From: Acidobacteriota bacterium
GTDB lineage: Bacteria; Acidobacteriota; UBA6911; RPQK01; JADFOI01
Assembly (NCBI GenBank): GCA_963663035.1
Contig: OY760074.1
Span: 2,144,001-2,208,000, forward strand
Direction: 5' to 3'
DNA: 64,000 nucleotides
The position numbers and the translations under genes are program-made. Below the pieces are notes generated by a model that saw only the letters and a program-made list of their open reading frames with translations, was not told the origin of the DNA and searched no databases. This document shows positions 1-9,392 of this stretch, piece after piece (the stretch's first letter is position 1; each line of letters starts with the position of its first letter).

Positions 1-262
1 GCTGTTCGGTTTCAACTCTCAGCTGTCCGTCAATGACTTCCATTGGAGGGAAGTTTTCTTGAGCCCAGAGCGATATTTCCAGAAATTCAGGGCCATAGTG
101 CCAGGCAAGGATCAGGGTCAGCAAAACAGCGAAATGTGTGGCCAGGTAGAGAAGATAAAGAAGTGTCTGGCGCAGCGGCTGTTCAAAGACGGTCCGATAG
201 AAGGAAAAATCGGTGACCGCTGAATAAACCTGGTGGTAGAAGCGTAACAGGAGAGGTAGCAC
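1..262 (-). CDS. Partial membrane protein, possibly DUF1189-like (runs off window start)
   Basis: Manual translation from GTG at 262: VLPLLLRFYHQVYSAVTDFSFYRTVFEQPLRQTLLYLLYLATHFAVLLTLILAW..., open to window edge, hydrophobic segment. Confidence 0.6.
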   Translation of the reverse strand, partial: MLPLLLRFYHQVYSAVTDFSFYRTVFEQPLRQTLLYLLYLATHFAVLLTLILAWHYGPEFLEISLWAQENFPPMEVIDGQLRVETEQ

Positions 263-296
263 TTAGGGCCTCATATTTGTGAAACGAGGCCCTAAG
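262..296. repeat. 35-bp hairpin, mini-remnant of family B element
   Basis: cttagggcctc / gaggccctaag 11-bp perfect IR; minus strand reads agggcctcgtttcacaaata, close to family B arm agtgcctcgtttcataaata. Confidence 0.65.
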
Positions 297-999
297 ACCC
301 GGCGTAATAAAGAAACCGGTTACAGTTTTCACAGGTCATGATCTTCTGGTTAGTCTTCACTTCGCTGAAATGCTGGGGGCGCAACTTCACATGACACGCT
401 TGGCAGGACTGATCCTTCGCTTCGGCCAATGCCACACCATTCCGAACAGACGCGATTCTTTGAAATTGTTGGTTGAGCCCCTCAGGAATCTCTCCTTCCA
501 GCTGCCTTCTGTGCTTCAGCAACTCCGAAATCTCACTTTCCGCCTGATTGGCAGAGCGCTCTAGTTTGCTTCGCTTTTCCGAGACTTCCTTTTCTTCCCT
601 CTGGTATACCTCTTGCGCCTGTCGAGCCAGTTCCTCTCGTTCCTCTATCGCCATCATTCCTTCAAGCATCCGGTCCTCTTTTCCCTCGATTTCCTTTCCC
701 GTGCCTTCTATCTCGTGGAGCATAGCCTGATACTCTTTATTGGTCTTTACCTCCATCAACTGTGTCCTGAACTTGGACAGCCTGTCCCGCAGGCTTTCAA
801 CCTCTAGATCCAGTTGGCGCTGCCGTTTCTGCTCTTCCTCTATGAACTGGAGTTTCTCTTCGAGAGCCTGCCGGCTCTCTTCAAGAGTCCCAGTAAGCCT
901 TTCAACCTCCTCTGGAATCTCCTTGGTGCGATCCTCCAGTCCGACGATCTTGAGATTCAGCTCTTGAAAACGAATTAACCGCCCTAATTCCGAGTTCAC
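292..999 (-). CDS. Coiled-coil protein with C-terminal C4 zinc ribbon (DUF164/CT398-like)
   Basis: Long coiled coil, then CQAC...CENC motif; this family commonly follows rpoD. Confidence 0.9.
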   Translation of the reverse strand: MNSELGRLIRFQELNLKIVGLEDRTKEIPEEVERLTGTLEESRQALEEKLQFIEEEQKRQRQLDLEVESLRDRLSKFRTQLMEVKTNKEYQAMLHEIEGTGKEIEGKEDRMLEGMMAIEEREELARQAQEVYQREEKEVSEKRSKLERSANQAESEISELLKHRRQLEGEIPEGLNQQFQRIASVRNGVALAEAKDQSCQACHVKLRPQHFSEVKTNQKIMTCENCNRFLYYAGS

Positions 1000-1024
1000 A
1001 ATCGATAGCCTCTTGTGGAGCTCA

Positions 1025-1098
1025 TGGGCCCAGTAGGACTCGAACCTACGACCGTCTGATTATGAGTCAGATGCTCTAACCAACTGAGCTATGGGCCC
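1025..1098 (-). tRNA. tRNA with CAT anticodon, most likely tRNA-Ile2 (lysidine); CCA not encoded
   Basis: GGGCCCATAGCTCAGTTGGTTAGAGCATCTGACT-CAT-AATCAGACGGTCGTAGGTTCGAGTCCTACTGGGCCCA; G1-C72 paired (not initiator), C4/C5 as in TilS substrates; downstream of rpoD like E. coli ileX. Confidence 0.9.
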
Positions 1099-1160
1099 AC
1101 GAAAAAAGCACAACACAAGCTCTTCACACAGAGCACAAAAGAAGGAGACCCAAGTGTCAG

Positions 1161-1188
1161 AAAAAAAGGGGCGGTTTGACCGCCCCTT
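1161..1188 (-). terminator. Intrinsic terminator after rpoD
   Basis: aaggggcggt-caa-accgcccctt hairpin ending in a T run on the minus strand. Confidence 0.85.
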
Positions 1189-1202
1189 GGTATATTTCAC
1201 AA

Positions 1203-2915
1203 TCATTCCTTGCTTATGTTTTCAAGGAAGGTCTTGAGCCTCCGGGTGCGTGATGGGTGGCGCAACTTACGAAGCGCCTTCGCTTCAATCTGGCGAATAC
1301 GCTCTCGCGTGACAGAAAACCTTTGCCCGACCTCCTCCAATGTATGTTCGCTACCATCGCCAATGCCAAACCGCATACGAATGACTTGCTCTTCTCGATC
1401 TGTCAATGTCTGCAACACCGCCGCTGTTTGATCCTTGAGATTGATATTGATCACGGCTTCGGCAGGGGAAACAACGCCTTGGTCTTCGATGAAGTCACCC
1501 AAGTGACTGTCTTCTTCTTCTCCGATAGGAGTTTCCAACGAAATCGGCTCCTGGGCTATCTTGAGAATCTTACGCACCTTGCCCACGGAAATGTCCATGT
1601 TCCGAGCAATTTCCTCGGAAGTGGGCTCACGGCCAAGGTCCTGAACCAAAGCCCGCGAGGTCCGGATCAACTTGTTGATGGTCTCAATCATATGCACAGG
1701 AATACGGATGGTCCGAGCTTGATCGGCGATGGCTCGTGTGATGGCCTGGCGAATCCACCAGGTCGCATAGGTGGAAAACTTGTAACCCCTCTGATACTCA
1801 AACTTATCGACGGCTTTCATCAAGCCGATATTCCCCTCTTGGATCAGATCGAGAAACTGTAATCCGCGATTGGTGTACTTTTTGGCAATGGAAACCACAA
1901 GCCGCAGGTTGGCCTCGACCAACTCTTTCTTGGCGATCTCCGCTTCCAACTCTCCTTGCTTAATCGCCGCCAAAGTTCGCTTGAGCCCAGCAGGTGATGC
2001 CAACACTTCCTCTTCGAATTCCGTCATCTCCTTATCAATCGCCCTCAGGCGCAACTTCACCTTCTTGGCCTCATCCAGTTTTAGCGGAGATTCCTGCAGT
2101 TTCTTGAGCTTCCTTGATTCCCTCTCCAGTGTGACGATGCGATCAACCGCGCGCCTAATGACCTTGACAAGTACCTGATGGACCTTGGAAATCAGATCCA
2201 GGTCGCGGACAATGCGGGCCATGGGGATACGATAACGAGCTAATTGGGAAAGCAGTCTTTTATATTTCTTACTGTCCTTCTTAGACTTTTTCAGTTGCCT
2301 GCGTACCTTTACAGCTTCCTCTTCCAATACAGCGATCTCACCAATACGCTTCAGGACTACTTTGCGCCGCTTCCCAATAATTTCATCGGTCAGCTCATCC
2401 TCACTCAATTGCACCAGGCTCTTGATACTCAATGCATTTTCTTTCACCCTCTCGCCATATTTTGAGATCTCCCCCACTACAACCGGCGAACGGGACAACG
2501 CCTTAATCACGCTTTTCTGGCCTCTTTCAATTCTCTTGGCAATCTCGACTTCTCCCTGTCGAGTCAAAAGCGGCACTGTCCCCATTTCTCTCAGATACAT
2601 CCGGACAGGGTCATTGGTCTTCTCCAACCGCTCAGCGATAGACTCTGGTTCCTGATCCTCATCTCCCTCAGCAGATTTGGACCGGATCTTTCGCTTGACA
2701 GCCTCCAGTTGTTGTTCAGAATCAACGACTTCAATGCCCGCATCGCCAAAAAGGTAGAAAATACTGTCTAGGTCTTTTGAAGAATTGATGTTATCTGGCA
2801 GAACGTCGTTAACCTCATCGTACAGAAGGTAGCCTTTCTCCTTCCCGAGGATAACTAGTTCTCTGACTCCATCATATTTTTCTTCGATACCTTCGAATTT
2901 GTCCTCTATCGACAA
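1203..2915 (-). CDS. rpoD: RNA polymerase primary sigma factor
   Basis: Region 1.1, [44 protein letters not shown]...[12 protein letters not shown]. Confidence 0.98.
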   Translation of the reverse strand: MSIEDKFEGIEEKYDGVRELVILGKEKGYLLYDEVNDVLPDNINSSKDLDSIFYLFGDAGIEVVDSEQQLEAVKRKIRSKSAEGDEDQEPESIAERLEKTNDPVRMYLREMGTVPLLTRQGEVEIAKRIERGQKSVIKALSRSPVVVGEISKYGERVKENALSIKSLVQLSEDELTDEIIGKRRKVVLKRIGEIAVLEEEAVKVRRQLKKSKKDSKKYKRLLSQLARYRIPMARIVRDLDLISKVHQVLVKVIRRAVDRIVTLERESRKLKKLQESPLKLDEAKKVKLRLRAIDKEMTEFEEEVLASPAGLKRTLAAIKQGELEAEIAKKELVEANLRLVVSIAKKYTNRGLQFLDLIQEGNIGLMKAVDKFEYQRGYKFSTYATWWIRQAITRAIADQARTIRIPVHMIETINKLIRTSRALVQDLGREPTSEEIARNMDISVGKVRKILKIAQEPISLETPIGEEEDSHLGDFIEDQGVVSPAEAVININLKDQTAAVLQTLTDREEQVIRMRFGIGDGSEHTLEEVGQRFSVTRERIRQIEAKALRKLRHPSRTRRLKTFLENISKE

Positions 2916-3032
2916 GCCGAATTAACCTCCAAGCTGTTCGTGGATAAAACGATTTAGTCTAAAGATTTTTATTATACTAAATCAAGGTAGTGAGAGAAGC
3001 GAATGATGACCCTGCTTCTCGACGGAAGGACC

Positions 3033-3223
3033 CTAGACGGGACTATCCAGTAGGTTCTCTACTGCAGCAGCGAAACCATCCAAACTGACTGCGTTGCGCG
3101 ACCCGCATGGGAGCGCGGGTGCCCCTCGGCCTCCTCAACGTACCCTACAGCACGTTTGCGGGGGTCGACCCGCAAGCGGGTACCCCGCTTCGTAACGAGA
3201 ACCTACTGCATAATCCCGTCTAG
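3033..3223. mobile_element. Family A non-autonomous inverted-repeat element, copy 1 (core on minus strand)
   Basis: 27-bp arms ctagacgggactatccagtaggttctc / gagaacctactgcataatcccgtctag (2 mismatches); internal core is the reverse complement of cores near 10913, 56480 and 61349. Confidence 0.75.
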
Positions 3224-3230
3224 CACAGCT

Positions 3231-3260
3231 TTGACAGGGCGTCTCGCTTGCCAGTATAAT
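3231..3260 (+). promoter_or_regulatory. Sigma70 promoter for rplU-rpmA
   Basis: TTGACA-N18-TATAAT, ending 40 nt before the rplU start. Confidence 0.8.
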
Positions 3261-3299
3261 CGCAGTTTTTTGAAGCCCCATAGGATGATTCTCTGAAGG

Positions 3300-3935
3300 A
3301 TGAGCAACTTTTCGTACGCCATTATCGAAAGCGGTGGCAAGCAGTATCGAGTGAGCGAGGGTGATCTCATTGATGTGGAGTGCCAAAGTGGAGAGGTGGG
3401 ACAATTACTGAGGTTCAACGAGGTGCTCTTGGTCGGCAACCAGGAAACCATTCATCTGGGGACACCGCTCCTTTCGGGAGCTCGTGTGGTTGGCACGATC
3501 GCTGAGCAAGGGAAAAAAGACAAAGTTATTGTCTTCAAGTTCAAGCGGCGCAAGAAGTATAGAAAGAAGCAGGGTCATCGACAGCGGTTCACCAAGGTCC
3601 GCATTGATCAAATAGAGCTAACTGCTAAAAAAGTGCGAGGACCTGAGACTGAAAAGGTCAAAGAGACGGCAAGCAAGGCGGTAGCGAAACCAGAAGCAGT
3701 GAAAGAAGCAGCCGCTACAAAAGCACCTTCCAAGACAGTTAAGAAGAAAGTCAGCAAGGCACCGAAGAAGCAGGCTGCAAAAGCGCCCAAGAAGACAGCA
3801 ACGAGAGCTGCTCCCGAAAAAGGAGCCAGCACAGCTCAGAAGTCAAAAGCCAAGGTGGTGAAGAAGAAAGCCACTAAAGGTGTGAAAAAGACCACCAAAA
3901 AGAGCACCAAGAAGACGGTTCAAAAGAAGGATTAG
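3300..3935 (+). CDS. rplU: 50S ribosomal protein bL21 with long K/A-rich C-terminal tail
   Basis: YAIIESGGKQYRV...KRRKKYRKKQGHRQ. Confidence 0.97.
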   Translation: MSNFSYAIIESGGKQYRVSEGDLIDVECQSGEVGQLLRFNEVLLVGNQETIHLGTPLLSGARVVGTIAEQGKKDKVIVFKFKRRKKYRKKQGHRQRFTKVRIDQIELTAKKVRGPETEKVKETASKAVAKPEAVKEAAATKAPSKTVKKKVSKAPKKQAAKAPKKTATRAAPEKGASTAQKSKAKVVKKKATKGVKKTTKKSTKKTVQKKD

Positions 3936-3947
3936 GAAACAAACACC

Positions 3948-4205
3948 ATGGCACACAAGAAGGGGCTCGGGAGTTCCAGGAATGGTCGAGACAGCCAGTC
4001 CAAGCGACTGGGGGTCAAGAGATTCGATGGTCAGGTTGTCACCGGTGGATCGATTTTGGTCAGACAACGCGGAACCCCAATCAAGCCTGGCTCAAACGTC
4101 GGTCGCGGAAGCGATGATACCCTCTTCGCAAAGATCGACGGGACCGTCAAGTTTCAGAATCGGGGCCACAAAGGCCACTTCGTCCACATATTAGCTGCCA
4201 CTTAA
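3948..4205 (+). CDS. rpmA: 50S ribosomal protein bL27
   Basis: [16 protein letters not shown]. Confidence 0.98.
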   Translation: MAHKKGLGSSRNGRDSQSKRLGVKRFDGQVVTGGSILVRQRGTPIKPGSNVGRGSDDTLFAKIDGTVKFQNRGHKGHFVHILAAT

Positions 4206-4275
4206 CGGACAGACGAAGAGTCGGGGAAAATGCATCCTTTTCCTTTTGCTTCGGTTGCTCGTTTACTCGCCTTTT

Positions 4276-5277
4276 ATGTTCGTTGATCATGCCAAAATTC
4301 AGGTTAAAGCGGGTGATGGCGGAAATGGTTGCCTAGCCTTTCGGAGGGAGAAATTCGTCCCGCGGGGGGGAGCCAGTGGCGGGGATGGTGGCAACGGTGG
4401 AAACCTTTACTGTCGCGGCTCCGCTCATCTCAGTACGCTCCTTCCCTTCAAATATCGACAACATTTCAAGGCGGGCAGAGGCGGGCATGGATCGGGGAAA
4501 AACCGCCATGGGAAGGATGGAGAAGACCTTGTGATTGATGTCCCTGTCGGAACCCAGGTCTACGACGAAGAGAGCGGCCAGCTTCTCTTTGATGTGGATC
4601 AAGAAAGCCAAGTGGAGATGGCGGCAAAGGGAGGCCGGGGGGGACGAGGAAATGCCGCTTTTATGACTGCAACCAACCAAGCTCCACGGAAGTTCGAATT
4701 GGGACAGTCCGGAGAGGAAGCCACTCTGATCCTGGAGCTGAAGGTTTTGGCCGACGTCGGAATAGTCGGCTATCCCAATGCCGGCAAGTCCACGCTTATT
4801 TCGGTGATCTCTGCAGCTAAACCGAAAATTGCCGACTATCCTTTTACTACACTGACCCCCAACCTCGGGGTGGTCTCCTATGGGGACTATTCGAGTTTCG
4901 TTGTGGCGGATATCCCGGGACTGATGGAAGGCGCACACCACGGCAGTGGTTTGGGCTATCAATTCTTGCGCCACGTTGAGCGAACCCGGGTGCTGGTTCA
5001 CCTTGTGGATGTCAGCGACGGCGGCGAAGAGGACCCCGTCCATTCAGTCAAAACCATCACCAGGGAAATGGAGCTCTACAACCCCAGTTTGAGGGAAAAA
5101 TCAGAGATTATTACGGCATCCAAGCTAGATGTGGCTAATCCCGAGAAGATAGAGCGCTTACGGTTGTACTGTCAGAGGAAAGACCTCCCTTTCCAGAAGA
5201 TCTCTGCAGTCAGTGGAGAAGGGGTTCCAGAATTGAAGAATGCACTGGTAAAACACTTGGAGGCAAGCAAGGAGTGA
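4276..5277 (+). CDS. obgE: GTPase ObgE
   Basis: MFVD..AGDGGNG, FRREKFVPRGG, GYPNAGKST, DIPG. Confidence 0.97.
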   Translation: MFVDHAKIQVKAGDGGNGCLAFRREKFVPRGGASGGDGGNGGNLYCRGSAHLSTLLPFKYRQHFKAGRGGHGSGKNRHGKDGEDLVIDVPVGTQVYDEESGQLLFDVDQESQVEMAAKGGRGGRGNAAFMTATNQAPRKFELGQSGEEATLILELKVLADVGIVGYPNAGKSTLISVISAAKPKIADYPFTTLTPNLGVVSYGDYSSFVVADIPGLMEGAHHGSGLGYQFLRHVERTRVLVHLVDVSDGGEEDPVHSVKTITREMELYNPSLREKSEIITASKLDVANPEKIERLRLYCQRKDLPFQKISAVSGEGVPELKNALVKHLEASKE

Positions 5278-5945
5278 AGATCGGCATCCTGGGCGGAACC
5301 TTTGATCCAGTGCACCGTGGGCACACCTACCTGGCACGCGCTGTCTTAAAGGTTTTTAGTCTGGATAGCGTACTGTTGATGGTCTCTTACCTTTCTCACC
5401 ATAAAGAAAAGCAGAAAATCACCAGCCCTTTTCACCGCTATGCCATGGTAGTGCTGAATCTGTTTAAGGAGAAGAACTTGTACGCTTCCCTGTGGGAACT
5501 GGATCGGAAAAAGCGATCTTACACCATCGAAACACTGCAACACTTCGCATCTCAATATTCCCAGCACCAATTCTGTTTCATAGCCGGGAGTGATTCCCTT
5601 AAAGAGCTTCATTTGTGGAAAGATTATGCTACACTGTTGGGAGAACATTGCTTTATATTCGTTCAGCGTCCGGGAGCCACAGCCGATCTCGACGAAGTGG
5701 AGCTTCCTGCTTCCTCCAGACAGAAGATTCAAGTAGTTTGCGAGCAAGACAAGCCGCTCATCCGGCCTGGTCAATCCTTTCTCATTACTCTCGACGCTCC
5801 CGCAATCAGCGGCAGTTCGCTTCGAAAATGCATTGCCTCCGGAGAACAGCCTTCATCGGACATCCTTTCTCCTCCTGTGCTTCAGTACATAAAAAAGCAT
5901 CGACTCTATGAAAAAAACCAAGACCGTCTTACGGAAGGTTTGTGA
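5274..5945 (+). CDS. nadD: Nicotinate-nucleotide adenylyltransferase
   Basis: GILGGTFDPVHRGH, SYTIETL, FIAGSDS; synteny with obgE and rsfS. Confidence 0.93.
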   Translation: MKIGILGGTFDPVHRGHTYLARAVLKVFSLDSVLLMVSYLSHHKEKQKITSPFHRYAMVVLNLFKEKNLYASLWELDRKKRSYTIETLQHFASQYSQHQFCFIAGSDSLKELHLWKDYATLLGEHCFIFVQRPGATADLDEVELPASSRQKIQVVCEQDKPLIRPGQSFLITLDAPAISGSSLRKCIASGEQPSSDILSPPVLQYIKKHRLYEKNQDRLTEGL

Positions 5946-6267
5946 GGCCATTGAGAGTAAAAAGGGAGACGAAGTAACCATTTTGGATATCTCTCAAATT
6001 TCCAGCTTTACCGACTTCTTTGTGATTTGTCACGGACATAACGAAAAGCAGAATCAGGCAATCTGTGACGAGATCATGGAAAGGTTAAAGAAGAAAAAGC
6101 ATGGGTTCCCTGTCCACGTGGAAGGTTACCAACACGCCGAGTGGATCTTGATGGACTATCTGGACTTTGTGGTCCACATTCTTTCCCCTCGAAGTCGGCA
6201 AACTTATCAGCTTGAAAAGCTTTGGGGTGACGGAATCGAAGTCGAACCCAAGGCCCTGAGCGCCTGA
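5908..6267 (+). CDS. rsfS: Ribosome silencing factor
   Basis: DFFVICHG, WILMDYLDFVVHI, YQLEKLWGD. Confidence 0.95.
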   Translation: MKKTKTVLRKVCEAIESKKGDEVTILDISQISSFTDFFVICHGHNEKQNQAICDEIMERLKKKKHGFPVHVEGYQHAEWILMDYLDFVVHILSPRSRQTYQLEKLWGDGIEVEPKALSA

Positions 6268-6300
6268 CTCCTGCCTCCTATCTCCTACCTCCTGCCTCCT
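6263..6300. repeat. Heptamer tract (cctgcct-type) starting at rsfS stop
   Basis: cctgact cctgcct cctatct cctacct cctgcct. Confidence 0.85.
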
Positions 6301-6369
6301 TCTTTTGCTGCCTCCTTCTTTTCCTTGCTGTTCAGTTAAAAATTCTGTATAACGATAGATCTTTTTCCT

Positions 6370-6840
6370 GTGAGAATGCGATTTTTGTGGGTAGGTAAGA
6401 CTAAGAATCCGTCGCTCTTAAAAGTGGAGGAAAAGTATCTGAAGCGGATTGAACAGTACTTCCCAGCCGAGAGGAAAACGGTCCCAAAATTAAAGAAGAA
6501 TGACTCCCATCAGCAGCTCGCTCAATTAGAGCGGGAAGCAAAGCAGATTGAGAGGAACCTCCCAGCAAAAACGTATCTGGTGGTCTTAGATCATTTGGGA
6601 ACAGAGTTTACAAGTCCACGACTGGCCTCCTTTCTGGCAGAGCTCATGAACCGAGGAGTCTCGAAGGTAACATTCGTGGTGGGGAGCGACCTGGGCGTTC
6701 CTGAGAGAATTAGGGAATTGGCAGATCTAAAGTGGGCCTTGACGAAATTGACACTTCCTCACGAACTCGCTCGAATCCTGTTGCTCGAGCAGATTTACCG
6801 GGCAGTGACCATTATTAAAGGCCTGCCTTACCATAAATGA
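6370..6840 (+). CDS. rlmH: 23S rRNA m3Psi1915 methyltransferase
   Basis: TLPHELARILLLEQIYRA...LPYHK. Confidence 0.95.
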   Translation: MRMRFLWVGKTKNPSLLKVEEKYLKRIEQYFPAERKTVPKLKKNDSHQQLAQLEREAKQIERNLPAKTYLVVLDHLGTEFTSPRLASFLAELMNRGVSKVTFVVGSDLGVPERIRELADLKWALTKLTLPHELARILLLEQIYRAVTIIKGLPYHK

Positions 6841-6852
6841 CGGGGGTTTTTG

Positions 6853-7206
6853 ATGCGAGCCAAGGAAAAAAAGCACTTCAAGCAAAAGCTCATTCAAAAA
6901 AGAGCAGACCTTATTAGCCTGGTTCAGAAGACAGAAGAGTACGGCCGTGAAGCCGACAGTGAGGCTGAAGGAATGGATCTCGCCGACAAGGCTTCCAGCT
7001 CATACACCAAAGAGTTCATGTTTAGCAAAAGCGACAGTGACCGGCAACTCCTTCAGGAGGTGGTCGATGCCTTGACCAGGCTCGAAGAGGGACAGTTCGG
7101 TGAATGCATAAGTTGCGGCGAAGCAGTGGAACCAAAACGGCTGGAAGCCGTCCCCTGGTCACCTCTATGCCTAGCCTGCCAAGAACAGGCTGAAAGAGAG
7201 GGCTGA
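6853..7206 (+). CDS. TraR/DksA family C4 zinc finger protein
   Basis: DLADKAS, CISCGEAV..KRLEAVPW..LCLACQE. Confidence 0.9.
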   Translation: MRAKEKKHFKQKLIQKRADLISLVQKTEEYGREADSEAEGMDLADKASSSYTKEFMFSKSDSDRQLLQEVVDALTRLEEGQFGECISCGEAVEPKRLEAVPWSPLCLACQEQAEREG

Positions 7207-7265
7207 GAGGGCAAAAAGCCGGGAATAGGGTTCGTAGATTTCCTCGCTGAGCCGTTGTAGTTCAT

Positions 7266-8015
7266 GTGAGTTTCAGCCAAGTGCTCAGGCGCTGTTCTCA
7301 AGCGCTCTTCTTCCCTCAGGCCTGTGTCCTCTGCCAGGCGTGGGTATCCAACCCTGATTTGAGCCCATTGTGTCGACACTGTTTTCTTGCTCTGGAACCT
7401 CTGGAGCAGAGCATTTGCTACTATTGTGGCACTCCGCTGCCGGGGGATCTGCTCCAGATCCATGGAATCTGCTCACACTGCCGAAGCTGGGGGAGAGCCT
7501 TTGATTTCGCCCGTTCCTACGGATGCTACCGGGGAAAACTGGCATCAGTCATTCGGAAATTCAAATTTGGAGGTCATCAGAGACTGGGGCAGACGTTGGC
7601 GGAACTTCAAGCGGCCTGCTATGAAGACAGCGGTCTGGAGCTGGAACCGGATTGGATCGTCCCGGTGCCACTGCACGCACGAAGGAAAAGAGAGAGAGGC
7701 TTCGATCAGACTCTGGTCCTGAGTCGTGGGTTGTCGCGAAGACTGGAAATTCCTGTCTTTAAAGGGCTCTCTCGAATCCAATACACGGCTCCCCAGTCAG
7801 GCCTGAATCTTCAAGAACGGCAAAGGAATATCCGTGATGCGTTCAGGCTTTCTCAGGCTGATCGGTTATCCCACCGGATTATTCTTTTGGTCGATGACGT
7901 CATGACGACAGGTACCACAATCTCAGAAATCTGCCACCTGCTCACAAATGAATCGACAATCCACAAGATCTTTGTCCTGACCATTGCCCGAGTACCACTC
8001 TACCTCCATCAGTAG
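7266..8015 (+). CDS. ComF family protein (zinc ribbon + PRTase)
   Basis: CXXC repeats, VPVPLH..R..ERGFDQ, LLVDDVMTTGTT. Confidence 0.93.
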   Translation: MSFSQVLRRCSQALFFPQACVLCQAWVSNPDLSPLCRHCFLALEPLEQSICYYCGTPLPGDLLQIHGICSHCRSWGRAFDFARSYGCYRGKLASVIRKFKFGGHQRLGQTLAELQAACYEDSGLELEPDWIVPVPLHARRKRERGFDQTLVLSRGLSRRLEIPVFKGLSRIQYTAPQSGLNLQERQRNIRDAFRLSQADRLSHRIILLVDDVMTTGTTISEICHLLTNESTIHKIFVLTIARVPLYLHQ

Positions 8016-8036
8016 AGATCTTTCTGTGCTATAAGG

Positions 8037-9362
8037 TTGAGCATGGATGGCTTAACTCAATTTTCGCTCATCATGGTGGCACTATCCCTGGTTTTCCTGA
8101 ACGGATTCTTTGTGGCTTCTGAGTTCTCAATTGTCAAAGTGAGAGGTAGCCGGATCCAAGAGTTGAGCCAGCAAGGAAAACGAGGTGCTGGAAGGGCTCA
8201 GTCCCTGCTCCACAGAATGGATGAGTATCTTTCTGTCACCCAGTTAGGGATTACCATTGCCAGTCTGGCTCTAGGCTGGATAGGCGAACCCGCATTTGCC
8301 TCCCTGTTTGAGCCGCTCTTGAGGAATATTGGAGGCCTGCAGCCGGTCCTCACACACACTCTGGCTGCTTTTTCGGCCTTTTTGCTCATTACCTTTTTGC
8401 ACATCGTGGTGGGAGAACTTGCACCCAAATCGCTGGCCATTTACAGAGCCGAGAGTGTAATTCTTTGGATCGGTCGACCCTTAGCCTGGATTTATAGGAT
8501 TTCTTACCCTTTCATTTGGGTACTCAATGGAACTGCCAACTTCCTTTTGCGACTGTTGGGTTTCAGCCCCATGTCAGAAGTTGATCTAGCCCATTCTGAG
8601 GAGGAGTTGCGTCTGATTCTGGCCGATTCACATGCTCAGGGGATTTTGGATCGTGAACAAAGGAAGATGTTGGAGCGAGTCTTTGACTTCGCAGATCGTT
8701 CCGTGCGACAGGTTATGGTCCCTTCCACAGAGGTCGTTTTCCTCGACTTACAGAAGAGTCTCGACGAAAACCTGGAGATTGCCCGCAATGACCGACACAC
8801 TCGTTATCTGCTCTGTGACCAAACACTCGACAAGGTGGCAGGGATCCTCCATGTCAAAGACCTCTTTTGGCAATATCGGCAGCTGGGGAAGAACTTTAAC
8901 CTGACCCTGGTCAAGAGACCTGTTCAGTTTGTACCGGAAAGCAAATTAATAAAAACCTTGTTGACAGAATTTCGACGCAATAGAACTCATCTTGCGGTGG
9001 TTGTGGATGAATATGGTGCAACCATAGGGATCGTTACCGTGGAAGATATCCTGGAAGAATTGGTGGGTGAGATTCAAGATGAGTTTGACATCGAGGTGCC
9101 CCCACAAATGATCCAAAAGACCGGGGAACACCAGTATATGATTCATGGAAGGGCCTTGTTGGTGGAGGTTGAGCAGAACCTGGGCATTTCGATTGAGGAT
9201 AAAGAAAACGACACCATGGGCGGCCACATCATGATGTTGTTGGGGCGGACTGCAGATGTGGGAGACGAGCTGACTGTTGCCGATCAATATCGGGTTCACG
9301 TGGTGGGAATGAAAGGGCTCCAAATCACTGACCTGGTCTTTGAAAAGCTGAAAGCTGACTGA
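8037..9362 (+). CDS. Hemolysin-family CNNM/CBS/CorC protein
   Basis: LNGFFVASEFS, GELAPKS, VVDEYG..GIVTVEDILEELVGEIQDEFD. Confidence 0.93.
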   Translation: MSMDGLTQFSLIMVALSLVFLNGFFVASEFSIVKVRGSRIQELSQQGKRGAGRAQSLLHRMDEYLSVTQLGITIASLALGWIGEPAFASLFEPLLRNIGGLQPVLTHTLAAFSAFLLITFLHIVVGELAPKSLAIYRAESVILWIGRPLAWIYRISYPFIWVLNGTANFLLRLLGFSPMSEVDLAHSEEELRLILADSHAQGILDREQRKMLERVFDFADRSVRQVMVPSTEVVFLDLQKSLDENLEIARNDRHTRYLLCDQTLDKVAGILHVKDLFWQYRQLGKNFNLTLVKRPVQFVPESKLIKTLLTEFRRNRTHLAVVVDEYGATIGIVTVEDILEELVGEIQDEFDIEVPPQMIQKTGEHQYMIHGRALLVEVEQNLGISIEDKENDTMGGHIMMLLGRTADVGDELTVADQYRVHVVGMKGLQITDLVFEKLKAD

Positions 9363-9392
9363 ATGGTTCGAAGCGATCTCGGGCGGAAAGTC

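Noticed and set aside
1210-2655. Antisense ORFs over rpoD, and similar ones over other conserved genes
   Set aside because: They are shadow ORFs of strongly conserved genes and show no independent motifs.
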